NCBI GenBank assembly: GCA_030835925.1 | Contig: JAURQW010000012.1 | Coordinates: 3,500 to 67,499, forward strand | DNA: 64,000 nt | Direction of reading: 5' to 3' | Source: Gammaproteobacteria bacterium | Lineage (GTDB): Bacteria; Pseudomonadota; Gammaproteobacteria; GCA-002705445; GCA-002716945 | Shown here: piece after piece, positions 27,068-36,900 of the stretch | Layout of the letters: the number at the start of each line of letters is the position of its first letter | How positions within the stretch are numbered: position 1 is the stretch's first letter | Notes under the pieces: generated by a model | What the model saw: only the letters and a program-made list of their open reading frames with translations | What the model was told of the DNA's origin: nothing | The model's database searches: none | Made by a program: the position numbers and the translations under genes

Positions 27068-28213
27068 ATGAAAATTATGATACTTGGCGCAGATGGATAC
27101 TTAGGTTGGCCAACTGCTGTAGACCTAGCATTTAAAAAGCATAAATTAATGCTTGTTGATAGTTATATCAAACGTAAAATCATGACTAAGATGAATCGAG
27201 AGCCATTAGTCAAATCACCGACGCTGTCAACAAAAGTAAGAAAGTTAAATAAAGCTGGATGTAACGTAAGTATGGCAAATATAGATTGTTGCGACTTTAC
27301 CAAGCTGTCTAATATCTTTAAAAAATTTCAGCCTGATGCTGTAATCCATTTCGCAGAACTTCCGTCTGCTCCTTATTCTATGATTGGAAACAAAGAAGCA
27401 TGGAGTACACTTGATAATAACCTGCATACAACTCTAAACTTAATTTGGTGCGTTAAAAATATTAAAACTGATTGTCATATAATTAAACTTGGTACAATGG
27501 GAGAATATGGTACTCCAAATATTGATATAGAAGAAGGGTGGTTAAACATCAAACATAATAATAGGGAACAGAGATTTATGTATCCAAGACAGGCCTCAAG
27601 TTTGTATCATACATCAAAGATAATGGATACTGACTTATTATGGTTCTATACAAGAATGAATAAAATTAAAGTAACAGATCTAATGCAAGGCCCCGTTTAT
27701 GGAATTATGAACAATGACTTTATAGAGGCAAACGATTTCCAAATCTCTTTCGCATATGATGATATGTTTGGAACTGTACTAAATAGATTTATTGTGCAAG
27801 CCGTCGCTAAAACGCCATTGCTGGTATATGGTTCAGGTTCCCAAATTAGAGGTTATATTAATATTAAAGATACTCTAGCATGTATAAGTCTTGCTCTTGA
27901 GAACCCTCCTGCATCAGGAGACATGCATATTCATAATCAATTTACCGAACAATTCTCAGTGAATCAACTAGCTAAAAAAGTACAGAAGTCTCTCAAGAAA
28001 ATTGATATAGATGTCTCAATCAATAAAATTAAAAACCCTAGAATTGAATCTGAAAAACACTATTATAATGCTAAAAATAAAAATATGATGAATTATGGAT
28101 TATCACCAACTTTCTTAAACGATGATATCATTATATCTATCGCGCAATATGTTCTAAAGTATAAAAAATACATTAACAAAAAAATACTTAAACCAAAAAC
28201 AAAATGGGCATGA
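27068..28213 (+). CDS. SQD1/SqdB-like UDP-sulfoquinovose synthase family SDR
   Basis: ILGADGYLGWPTAVDL (SQD1-type GGDGYCGW region), HFAELPSAPYSM, LGTMGEYG and the Tyr-His pair in SSLYHTSK (YHxxK), as in SQD1. Confidence 0.65.
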   Translation: MKIMILGADGYLGWPTAVDLAFKKHKLMLVDSYIKRKIMTKMNREPLVKSPTLSTKVRKLNKAGCNVSMANIDCCDFTKLSNIFKKFQPDAVIHFAELPSAPYSMIGNKEAWSTLDNNLHTTLNLIWCVKNIKTDCHIIKLGTMGEYGTPNIDIEEGWLNIKHNNREQRFMYPRQASSLYHTSKIMDTDLLWFYTRMNKIKVTDLMQGPVYGIMNNDFIEANDFQISFAYDDMFGTVLNRFIVQAVAKTPLLVYGSGSQIRGYINIKDTLACISLALENPPASGDMHIHNQFTEQFSVNQLAKKVQKSLKKIDIDVSINKIKNPRIESEKHYYNAKNKNMMNYGLSPTFLNDDIIISIAQYVLKYKKYINKKILKPKTKWA

Positions 28214-29187
28214 AAATCTTAATAACAGGCGGTCTCGGTTTTATTGGTCAGAATTTACTTAGATTTCTAGTAAGTAAAAAAGAAATAGCAAAAATAATAG
28301 TTGTTGATAATTATTCCCAAATTAAAAATCCAGATCTGAAAGACTTAAAAAATATAAAATATTTTTCTAAAGAAAATTATAAAATAAATAAATCAAGAAT
28401 TAATATTATAAAAGCAAATATAAAAGATTTTAGTTTTGCAAAACTAATTTGCAGTGAAATAGATTCTGTTATTCATCTAGCTGCTGAATCAGGCGTAGAT
28501 ATTTCAGTTAATAGACCTAAATATGCATTTGATGTTAATGTTCTGGGTACATTTAATTATCTAGAAGCATCTAGGCTAAATAATGTTAAGAATTTTATTT
28601 TTGCATCCAGCGGATCAGTTTTTGGAAAAGCAACTCCACCAATGCATGAAGACTATGAAAAAAAACCAATATCTCCGTATGGTTCTTCAAAGCTTGCTAT
28701 TGAGTCATTTTGTAATTCATATGCGTCTGTATATGATATAAAGACAACTATATTGAGATTTAGCAATGCATATGGTAATCATTCATTTCATAAAAATAGT
28801 GTCATATCAAAATATATAAAAAACATATTAAATAATAAACCATTGATAGTTTTCGGAGATGGAAGACAGACTAGAGATTATATACATGTAAATGACATAG
28901 TTATGGCTATATTCAGAAGTATTAAAACTAGAAATAAATCAGAATCTTATCATATAGGCACGGGCGTTGAGACAGATCTTAACCAGATTATTAAAATCAT
29001 GTCATCAATATTTAAAAAACTTGGTTATAACATACCTGTTATTATTCATGAAGATAATAGAGTAGGCGATATGAAAAATAATTCCTTATATATCAAAAAT
29101 ACTTATAAAAAACTTAACTGGAAGTCTTCTATACAACTTAATGAAGGAATAAAAAATACAATATCTTGGTATATCTCTAATCAATAA
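28210..29187 (+). CDS. NAD-dependent epimerase (GalE/UDP-sugar 4-epimerase-like)
   Basis: ILITGGLGFIGQNL and YGSSKLAIE (YxxxK). Confidence 0.7.
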   Translation: MKILITGGLGFIGQNLLRFLVSKKEIAKIIVVDNYSQIKNPDLKDLKNIKYFSKENYKINKSRINIIKANIKDFSFAKLICSEIDSVIHLAAESGVDISVNRPKYAFDVNVLGTFNYLEASRLNNVKNFIFASSGSVFGKATPPMHEDYEKKPISPYGSSKLAIESFCNSYASVYDIKTTILRFSNAYGNHSFHKNSVISKYIKNILNNKPLIVFGDGRQTRDYIHVNDIVMAIFRSIKTRNKSESYHIGTGVETDLNQIIKIMSSIFKKLGYNIPVIIHEDNRVGDMKNNSLYIKNTYKKLNWKSSIQLNEGIKNTISWYISNQ

Positions 29188-30213
29188 ATGATATATATTT
29201 TAACTTTTTTTACGACCTTATTGATCTGTCTTTTGTTAATAAAGTCATCTATTGTTACCGCGGATCAAGCATCAAGAGGGGAATATAAATACAGTATTGC
29301 AACTTCTGGCGGTATAGCGCTATCAGTTCCCTTGATCTTTAGCATGCTCTTAATGATTGGCGTCAATGAGAATGATCTTTTTTATTTACTCCTCTTAACT
29401 GCCATTTCATTAGTAGGTGTTGCAGATGATTTTTATGATACGCCTCAAATTATTAGATTCATATTTCAAATCTTAATATCATTATTTTTTGCAATATATT
29501 TTATAACAACTAATCCTATTGATGTATTTTTTATAGTTCTGTCAATAGTATATGTGATAAATTCCTTAAATTTCTTCGATGGGATTGACCTACTTGTTTC
29601 AACGCAAATGATATTTATGCTTTGTTCTTTATTATTAATAGTTACTTATCAAGATATTGTTTTGCAAGATAGCATGGTTAATATGACTTCTATAATGATA
29701 CTGTCAGTTATCTCTTTGATTGGTTTTAGCATCTATAATTATTCTCCAGCATCTCTATTTTTAGGTAGCTCTGGATCTTATTATCTTGGTTTTATGATAT
29801 CTACGCTATTTGCTTTTTTTATCTTCACAGAAAATATTTCCTTATATACATGTATGATTTTATATAGTACGCCATTAATTGACACTATTCTTGTATTTAT
29901 TTTTCGATTTATTACTAAATTAAGATATCAGTACAAAAAATCGTCAAACCTAATAAGTTCTTCAATAGAGTCTGTTAAAACAGTATTTTTTGTAGCACAT
30001 TCTATGCATAACTATCAAATTATGAGTAGAAAACTAAAGAGTCATATTAAGGTAGATATTTTTATTCTGACTTTAAATATAATATGGTGTTTACCATTGG
30101 CGCTCTTATCTGTTATATATACGGATTTCAGTCATTTTATTTTTATACTATCGCTGGCACCATATACCATAATCTCTATATATAATAAGACTGGCATGGA
30201 AGTTTATAAATAG
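29188..30213 (+). CDS. Polyprenyl-phosphate HexNAc-1-phosphate transferase (WecA/WbpL/MraY family) initiating enzyme
   Basis: VGVADDFYD and NSLNFFDGIDLL (NxxNxxDGxDGL-like), with about 10 TM helices. Confidence 0.75.
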   Translation: MIYILTFFTTLLICLLLIKSSIVTADQASRGEYKYSIATSGGIALSVPLIFSMLLMIGVNENDLFYLLLLTAISLVGVADDFYDTPQIIRFIFQILISLFFAIYFITTNPIDVFFIVLSIVYVINSLNFFDGIDLLVSTQMIFMLCSLLLIVTYQDIVLQDSMVNMTSIMILSVISLIGFSIYNYSPASLFLGSSGSYYLGFMISTLFAFFIFTENISLYTCMILYSTPLIDTILVFIFRFITKLRYQYKKSSNLISSSIESVKTVFFVAHSMHNYQIMSRKLKSHIKVDIFILTLNIIWCLPLALLSVIYTDFSHFIFILSLAPYTIISIYNKTGMEVYK

Positions 30214-30325
30214 TGAAAAATATCTTTTCAAAAAACATATCTGAATATCTTATGTCAATTAATCATTCCAGGTATTCTCATAATGATATTCTAAAAATTA
30301 TAACTGATGGAATTAAAACATAATA

Positions 30326-32092
30326 ATGTTTAGTGATCTAATGAAAGTGTCAAGGTTATTCTCGTCTAGTGATAAACTAGCGCTCGTTTATTTATTTTTT
30401 TTAAATATTCTTACAAGCTTCTTTGAAATTATAGGCATAGCCTCAATAGTTCCTTTTGTTGGACTTATAAGCGATCCAGACTTTCTAAGTAAATATGATT
30501 TCCTGAAAAATATTTATAGTAATTTCCAATTATCTACTCAAGAATCTATTATATATACCGGTATTGCGATAATAGTATTATTTGTATCAAGCAATCTTAC
30601 GAGTGCATATAACTTATGGAGAACAGTAAAGTTTACTGCAGAACAAAATCATAAGATAGCTGTCTTAATTATGGAAAAATATCTTTCTCAGGATTATAAT
30701 TATTTCTTAAAATCAGATATTTCACATATAACCAAAAACATCCTGGATGAGGCGTCTGTAGTTGCTGAAAATGTACTTATGCCACTATTGCAACTCACAA
30801 CAAGATTTACGGTCTTAATCAGTATATCTATATTATTGTTTATAATTAATCCAGAGATATTCTTATACTCGCTAATGAGTTTATTGAGTATATATTTTAT
30901 AATTTACAAAAGTATAAAGAATTTAATTACCAGATATGGCAAGGAGAGACTTATAAGCAATGATAGGCGTTTTAAAAATGTGAATGATTCACTCAAGTCA
31001 ATTAAAGACGTAAAGTTCTATAATGCCGAGCGTTTCTATATAGATGAATTCTCTAGTGCACAAAAAAGTTTTTCTAATTTAACAGCAAAAAATACATTAT
31101 TATCTGTACTACCAAAATATCTCATTGAAATTTTTGCGATTGGAGGGTTGTTTACTGTAACAATATATATAATTAGCCTAAATAATGAAATTGTTTCTTA
31201 TTTGCCTACGTTAGCTGTTTTTATGTTGGCTGCTTATAGATTATTACCTTTGATACAACAAATATATGTTAATTTCTCTACAATAAAATTCTTTTATCCC
31301 GTACTGAAGATGATAGAGGAAATTACCAATCTAGCTGAGACTAAAATTACCAGACCATTAGATAAATTAGATTTCAATCATGATATCAAATTCAGTAATA
31401 TATCTTTTTCTTATGGAGAAAAATCTATATTAAATAATATTAATTTCACTATAAATAAATCTGATGTAGTAGGGCTTTTAGGCAAAACAGGCGTAGGCAA
31501 AACAACCTTATTAGATTTATTATTGGGTTTTAATAAGCCTTCTGCTGGTCAAGTTTTAATAGATGGAACAATATTAGACAGAAAAGATATTTATAAATTA
31601 TGTAATACCACAGGGTATGTTTCACAAAATATAGCATTTTTAGATACAACAATAGCAAAAAATATTGCATTTGGAGTTAATGAAGAAAATATCGACTATG
31701 ATCTTATAAATAAATTAATTGATTGCGTGAAGTTAAGGCAACTTGTAGATTCGCTTGAAGATGGAATCATGTCCAAGATTGGTGAAAATGGAGCTAAATT
31801 AAGTGGTGGGCAATGCCAAAGACTTGGGATCGCAAGAGCATTATACTTGAAACCATCGTTAATTATATTTGATGAAGCCACAAATGCTTTAGACTCAAAT
31901 ACAGAAGAGGAAATCATCAAGTCAATCAAAGAATTCACTAGTAATGAAATTACGATCTTTATGATCACACATAGATTATCATCTGTAAATATATGTGATA
32001 AAGTATTGATATTAAATAAAAATAATATTGTATCTTTTTCTAGCAAAGATATTACATCTGATATGTTGAAAGATATGATAAACCAAGAATAA
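30326..32092 (+). CDS. ABC exporter half-transporter (TMD-NBD; MsbA/PglK-like), candidate glycolipid flippase
   Basis: Six predicted N-terminal helices, Walker A GKTGVGKTTL, signature LSGGQCQRLGIARAL and Walker B IIFDEATNALD. Confidence 0.8.
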   Translation: MFSDLMKVSRLFSSSDKLALVYLFFLNILTSFFEIIGIASIVPFVGLISDPDFLSKYDFLKNIYSNFQLSTQESIIYTGIAIIVLFVSSNLTSAYNLWRTVKFTAEQNHKIAVLIMEKYLSQDYNYFLKSDISHITKNILDEASVVAENVLMPLLQLTTRFTVLISISILLFIINPEIFLYSLMSLLSIYFIIYKSIKNLITRYGKERLISNDRRFKNVNDSLKSIKDVKFYNAERFYIDEFSSAQKSFSNLTAKNTLLSVLPKYLIEIFAIGGLFTVTIYIISLNNEIVSYLPTLAVFMLAAYRLLPLIQQIYVNFSTIKFFYPVLKMIEEITNLAETKITRPLDKLDFNHDIKFSNISFSYGEKSILNNINFTINKSDVVGLLGKTGVGKTTLLDLLLGFNKPSAGQVLIDGTILDRKDIYKLCNTTGYVSQNIAFLDTTIAKNIAFGVNEENIDYDLINKLIDCVKLRQLVDSLEDGIMSKIGENGAKLSGGQCQRLGIARALYLKPSLIIFDEATNALDSNTEEEIIKSIKEFTSNEITIFMITHRLSSVNICDKVLILNKNNIVSFSSKDITSDMLKDMINQE

Positions 32093-32098
32093 TATAAT

Positions 32099-33115
32099 AT
32101 GAACAATGAGCTAAAAAAATCTAATGTTGTAATAACGGGTGCTGATGGCTTTATTGGTTCACATTTAACTGAATCGTTGGTTAAACTTGGATGTAATGTT
32201 ACTGCTTTTACAATGTATAACTCACTTAATAGTTGGGGTTGGCTTGATACCATAGATAAGAAAATCATTGATAACACAAAAGTTATTTCTGGTGATATAC
32301 GTGATCAACGGTCTGTAAATAATTTATGTCATAAAGCTGACTATATTTTTCATTTAGCATCATTAATAGCTATACCATATTCTTATGAATCTCCTTATTC
32401 TTATCTTCAAACTAATGCATTAGGGACCTTGAATGTTCTGGAGTACTGCCGTGAAAAAGGCATCAAACAATTGATTCATACATCAACCAGTGAAGTTTAT
32501 GGTGACTTTACTAAAATACCCATAGACGAAAATACTCCTGTAATAGCTAAGTCTCCGTATTCAGCTACAAAAATAGCTGCAGATCAGCTAGCTTATGCTT
32601 ACTATAGTAGTTACGATATTCCCATAAGCATAATAAGACCATTTAACACATTTGGACCAAGACAGTCCAATAGAGCTATTATCCCAACAATTATCACACA
32701 ACTCTTAAACAATAAGAAAGATGTAAAACTTGGTTCGCTTTATCCTACTCGAGATTTCACATATGTAAGAGACACAGTTAAAGGATTCATTGCTATGATA
32801 AATAAGAAGAAAAGCCTTGGTCAGGTCATAAATATTGGTTCGGGCTATGAGATATCAATAGGTGATTTATTTTCATTAATTAACTCTATAATTAATACTG
32901 ATATAAAAATTAAAAAAGATAGATCGCGAATTAGACCAAAAAAAGGAGAAGTCAATAGATTGAAAGCTAATAATAAAAAAGCTAAGGATCTAATAGGGTG
33001 GACACCGGAGTATCATGGAAAGCAAGGATTAAAAAAAGCTATGATGGAAACTATAGATTGGTTTAAAGATCCAAATAATATTAAACTATATAAATCAGGC
33101 TTGTATAATATATAA
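32099..33115 (+). CDS. NAD-dependent NDP-sugar dehydratase/epimerase (extended SDR; LegB-type 4,6-dehydratase candidate)
   Basis: VVITGADGFIGSHL, STSEVYG and YSATKIAAD. Confidence 0.7.
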   Translation: MNNELKKSNVVITGADGFIGSHLTESLVKLGCNVTAFTMYNSLNSWGWLDTIDKKIIDNTKVISGDIRDQRSVNNLCHKADYIFHLASLIAIPYSYESPYSYLQTNALGTLNVLEYCREKGIKQLIHTSTSEVYGDFTKIPIDENTPVIAKSPYSATKIAADQLAYAYYSSYDIPISIIRPFNTFGPRQSNRAIIPTIITQLLNNKKDVKLGSLYPTRDFTYVRDTVKGFIAMINKKKSLGQVINIGSGYEISIGDLFSLINSIINTDIKIKKDRSRIRPKKGEVNRLKANNKKAKDLIGWTPEYHGKQGLKKAMMETIDWFKDPNNIKLYKSGLYNI

Positions 33116-33215
33116 TCTTGGTATTTTTATTAATAAGAATATAACAATTCAACCAACCATAAAGTTTGAAGATCTATTTCAAAGTAACAAGGGTGGAATA
33201 ACAACATCAAGTTAT

Positions 33216-34142
33216 TTGACTAAATCAGGTCGTTATTCTCTCTATAAAATCATATCTATTATTAAAAAAAATAATAACAATATAAATAACATATATTTAC
33301 CAAGCTTTATATGCAAAGAAGTAATTTCGTCATTAATATCATTTAATCTCGACATTTCATTTTATAAGCTAAACAATGATCTCTCTCCAGATATAAATTT
33401 TTTGAAAAAGAATCTCAAAAGAAATTCAATTTTATTCATAGTGAACTATTTTGGTGTATTGGCGGATTGGAGTTCTATTAATGATATTAAAAATGAATAT
33501 GAATTAATAACGATTGAAGATAACTGCCATTCATTAAATGAAAAAAATGGAATAGGTTCATATGGAGATTATTCATTTAATAGTTTACGAAAAATTATAC
33601 CATTATTGAGTGGCTCGGAACTTAATATTAACATAGCCAGTATTATACCTGAAACAAATAATCTTAAATTAAGGATTCCAGATATTGATGAAATTAAATA
33701 TCTCTTAAGATTTTATAGGAATAAAAAAAGCACAAAAATATCTATAAATGGCTCTGAAAATAATGAGATAGTCTCTAGTGAGAAAGGTATAGATTATATT
33801 TCAAAAAGGATATTAGATAATCATGAGTTTGATATAGATCATATATGCCTGACTAGACGCCATAACTTTATTTCATGGAATAGATTCTTGCCTAGTAGTG
33901 AATTACGTTCTTTTCATATCGATATCAATAAGGTCTATTGTCCATATGTGTATCCTTGTATTGCTGAATCAGATGAAATAAAGAAAAAGTGGATAGAATG
34001 GGGAATGAAAAATAATATTAGGATCATTAATTGGCCTAAAATACCATTTAAATCACATGATCATTTTGAAAATTCTCATTTGAATATGGTTTTATTATTT
34101 CCTATAAACCATCAGTTTAATCTACCCATTAGGTTGAATTAA
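33216..34142 (+). CDS. DegT-like PLP aminotransferase-fold protein (short; start uncertain)
   Basis: TKSGRYSLY (cf. SGTSAL), IEDNCHSL and SFNSLRKIIP (SF..K Lys region). The annotated start is TTG. The frame is open upstream to 33057 with no ATG/GTG/TTG. Confidence 0.5.
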   Translation: MTKSGRYSLYKIISIIKKNNNNINNIYLPSFICKEVISSLISFNLDISFYKLNNDLSPDINFLKKNLKRNSILFIVNYFGVLADWSSINDIKNEYELITIEDNCHSLNEKNGIGSYGDYSFNSLRKIIPLLSGSELNINIASIIPETNNLKLRIPDIDEIKYLLRFYRNKKSTKISINGSENNEIVSSEKGIDYISKRILDNHEFDIDHICLTRRHNFISWNRFLPSSELRSFHIDINKVYCPYVYPCIAESDEIKKKWIEWGMKNNIRIINWPKIPFKSHDHFENSHLNMVLLFPINHQFNLPIRLN

Positions 34143-34180
34143 TAGTATATTTAACAGGTAACATTATTAAAGAGAATGAT

Positions 34181-36115
34181 TTGAAAGACTATTTACTTAA
34201 TTTGCCAAGATTTACAAAAAGATTGTTAATGGTAACAACTGATTTTGTATCTCTCGCTTTAATGGCATGGGTCGCTCTTGTTTTAAGAGGCGATGGTTTT
34301 TTTAATATAAATGATGGATATAAATTATCCGGTGCCTCACCTCAGGAGCTTTATCAGTTTATTATAGTAGCTCCTATTATTACTATAGCGGTTCTTTTAA
34401 AAATGCGTTTATATCGGTCAATAATTCGATATATTAACGTTGATACATATGTGAAAATCTCAAAGGCATGTCTAATATCAGTTGGTCTATTAGCGATAGG
34501 TATGATTTCATTTGAAATGCCAATACCAAGGTTCACATATCCAATTTATTTTATACTGGCAACTACATCTGTGATCTATATAAGATATACAGCAAGTAGT
34601 TATCTAGCATTCAAAAATATAATGAAAAAGCGAAACGTCTTAATGGTTGGCACACATGAAGAATCCATTCAAATAGCAGAATTTTTAAAGAATAACGATC
34701 AATTGCAACCTATAGGCTTCATAGTTTCAGCTGTCAATTACGAAAAATCTAGTATTGCTGAACTACCTGTATATAACGTTTCACAAACAAATAATATAAT
34801 TATCAAAAGAGATATTGAAGAGATTTTAATAATTGAAAATAAGATAACTAAAAAAGAGACTTTGGAAATTATCAAACAGCTTTCTCCTCATCAAAAATTA
34901 ATTAGAAAAGTTCCTGATATATCTGATTATGCTTCTGGAAAAATTCAGGTCTCAGACTTTAAAAGAATTGATATTGAGGATTTATTAGGAAGAGTAGCAA
35001 TTAAGACAGATCCATTCTTATTGAAGTCATGTATTGAAAATAAAACAGTTATGGTTACAGGCGCAGGTGGCTCAATTGGGTCTGAGCTAGCAAGACAAAT
35101 AATACAGCATAACCCAAAGAAGATTATACTTCTTGAGCAATCTGAATATTTTTTATATAAAATTGATAATGAAGTCTCTAATATTGATAAAATAAAAAAC
35201 AAAAGTATTCAATTAAAATCTTTTCTTGGTTCAGTAACGGATGATGACTTTGTATCTAACATTTTTAAATCAGAAATGATTGATACAGTTTATCATGCAG
35301 CTGCTAATAAGCATGTTCCTCTAGTTGAAGATAACCCTATATCAGCAATCAAGACAAATATATTTGGAACCAAAGTTGTGGCTGAAAATGCATTGATAAA
35401 TAATATTGAAAACTTTGTCCTCATATCAAGTGATAAAGCTGTTAGACCAACAAATATTATGGGTGCAACAAAAAGGTTCGCAGAGTTAATCCTTCAATCT
35501 ATGCAAGATAAAGTTGACAAGATGCCATCAAACCAATGTAAAACTAAATTCTGTATGGTCAGATTTGGCAATGTTCTGGATACATCCGGTTCAGTAGTGC
35601 CATTATTTAGAAATCAAATAAAAGAGGGTGGCCCAGTAACGGTTACAGATACTAGAGTAATAAGATATTTTATGACAATCAGTGAAGCTACAGAGCTTGT
35701 TATACAGGCAGGTTCGTTAAGCAAAGGTGGTGAAGTATTTCTATTAGATATGGGAGAGCCTATGAGTATACTTAGCCTGGCAAAAGAAATGATTAGGCTC
35801 AGCGGGAAAGAAATTAAAGATGAAGCAAACCCTGATGGTGATATAGAAATTGTAATAACAGGATTAAGACCAGGTGAAAAACTTTATGAAGAATTACTTA
35901 TTGGCGATAATGTAAGCAAGACAGCACATGACCATATTATGTATGCAAATGAAGGGAAGCTTTCTGTAGAGGAGATTAATCGTTTCATTCAAGACCTTAC
36001 TAATTTGAAATCTAAATCAAGTATTAACGAAGTACAAAAGATTCTATACCAGTCTGTTGAAGGTTATAGTCCTAATAAAACAGAAAATATTATTGATTTT
36101 AAAGCTAACTCTTAG
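34181..36115 (+). CDS. Membrane-anchored UDP-HexNAc 4,6-dehydratase (WbpM/PglF/CapD family)
   Basis: N-terminal TM helices followed by VMVTGAGGSIGSEL and SSDKAVRPTNIMGATKR. 644 aa with a TTG start. Confidence 0.85.
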   Translation: MKDYLLNLPRFTKRLLMVTTDFVSLALMAWVALVLRGDGFFNINDGYKLSGASPQELYQFIIVAPIITIAVLLKMRLYRSIIRYINVDTYVKISKACLISVGLLAIGMISFEMPIPRFTYPIYFILATTSVIYIRYTASSYLAFKNIMKKRNVLMVGTHEESIQIAEFLKNNDQLQPIGFIVSAVNYEKSSIAELPVYNVSQTNNIIIKRDIEEILIIENKITKKETLEIIKQLSPHQKLIRKVPDISDYASGKIQVSDFKRIDIEDLLGRVAIKTDPFLLKSCIENKTVMVTGAGGSIGSELARQIIQHNPKKIILLEQSEYFLYKIDNEVSNIDKIKNKSIQLKSFLGSVTDDDFVSNIFKSEMIDTVYHAAANKHVPLVEDNPISAIKTNIFGTKVVAENALINNIENFVLISSDKAVRPTNIMGATKRFAELILQSMQDKVDKMPSNQCKTKFCMVRFGNVLDTSGSVVPLFRNQIKEGGPVTVTDTRVIRYFMTISEATELVIQAGSLSKGGEVFLLDMGEPMSILSLAKEMIRLSGKEIKDEANPDGDIEIVITGLRPGEKLYEELLIGDNVSKTAHDHIMYANEGKLSVEEINRFIQDLTNLKSKSSINEVQKILYQSVEGYSPNKTENIIDFKANS

Positions 36116-36139
36116 CCAATCTACTAGTCATTATATTAT

Positions 36140-36823
36140 ATGAAAATTGATAAGTATCTGATAAATAAAAATGAGACAATTAAGTCTGCTTTAAAAAAAA
36201 TAGACGGGAATCACTTAGGTATAATATTTATAGAGGATGATAATATAGTTGTTGGGGTTGCAACAGACGGTGATATACGAAGATTCATGTTAAAAGAAAA
36301 TAGCTTAGATTCTATTATACATAAATGTATGAATAAAGATTTCTTCTATCTTATTGATTCTGATGTAACTAATAATTTAATACTAGAATCATTAAATGAC
36401 AGAATTAAAGTAATCCCAGTATTGAATGCAAAGAGAAATTTGGTTTCTGTTGTTTCTGATAAAGTAACATCTTGGGAGACTACTGTTCATAAACCCTGGG
36501 GATACTATAATACTTTAATCAATAATAAAGAGTTTTTGGTTAAAAAGATTGTAATATTTTCCAAACAAAGTATCTCATTACAAATTCATAATTTTAGATC
36601 AGAGCACTGGATTGTTTTAGAAGGCACTGCAACTATCTTAATAAATAAAAATGAGATCACTTTAAAAAAATCTGAATCTACATATGTTCCTCGGAAAACT
36701 GAACATAAAGTTACTAATAATACAGATGAACCACTAATTATTTTAGAAACTCAACTTGGAACAAAGTTATCGGAAAACGATATTATTAGAATTGAAGATC
36801 AGTATAACAGGAACTCAAAATAA
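36140..36823 (+). CDS. CBS-pair + cupin (type-II phosphomannose-isomerase-like) protein
   Basis: CBS region (GVATDGDIRRFM) followed by cupin KPWGYY...ISLQIHNFRSEHWIVLEGTA...VPRKTEHKVTN. Confidence 0.65.
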   Translation: MKIDKYLINKNETIKSALKKIDGNHLGIIFIEDDNIVVGVATDGDIRRFMLKENSLDSIIHKCMNKDFFYLIDSDVTNNLILESLNDRIKVIPVLNAKRNLVSVVSDKVTSWETTVHKPWGYYNTLINNKEFLVKKIVIFSKQSISLQIHNFRSEHWIVLEGTATILINKNEITLKKSESTYVPRKTEHKVTNNTDEPLIILETQLGTKLSENDIIRIEDQYNRNSK

Positions 36824-36900
36824 AATTATACTTAGCTATTATCATGTTAGGCTTGATGCTATATTAATTAGCTAGTATTGCAATTTTTCTGGAGACAATA

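Noticed and set aside
29308-29317. Second ops-like motif GGCGGTATAG
   Set aside because: It differs from GGCGGTAG at the eighth position, lies inside the WecA-like coding sequence (..SGGIAL..) and has no leader context. It is probably coincidental.
30213-30323. 36-codon GTG ORF in the spacer before the ABC exporter
   Set aside because: The ABC protein has a complete N-terminus starting at 30326. The short ORF has no motif.
31696-32277. 193-aa minus-strand ORF spanning the ABC-exporter/epimerase junction
   Set aside because: It is antisense to two well-supported + strand genes with clear motifs. Its product is low-complexity and has no recognisable motif. In AT-rich DNA, long antisense ORFs are expected.
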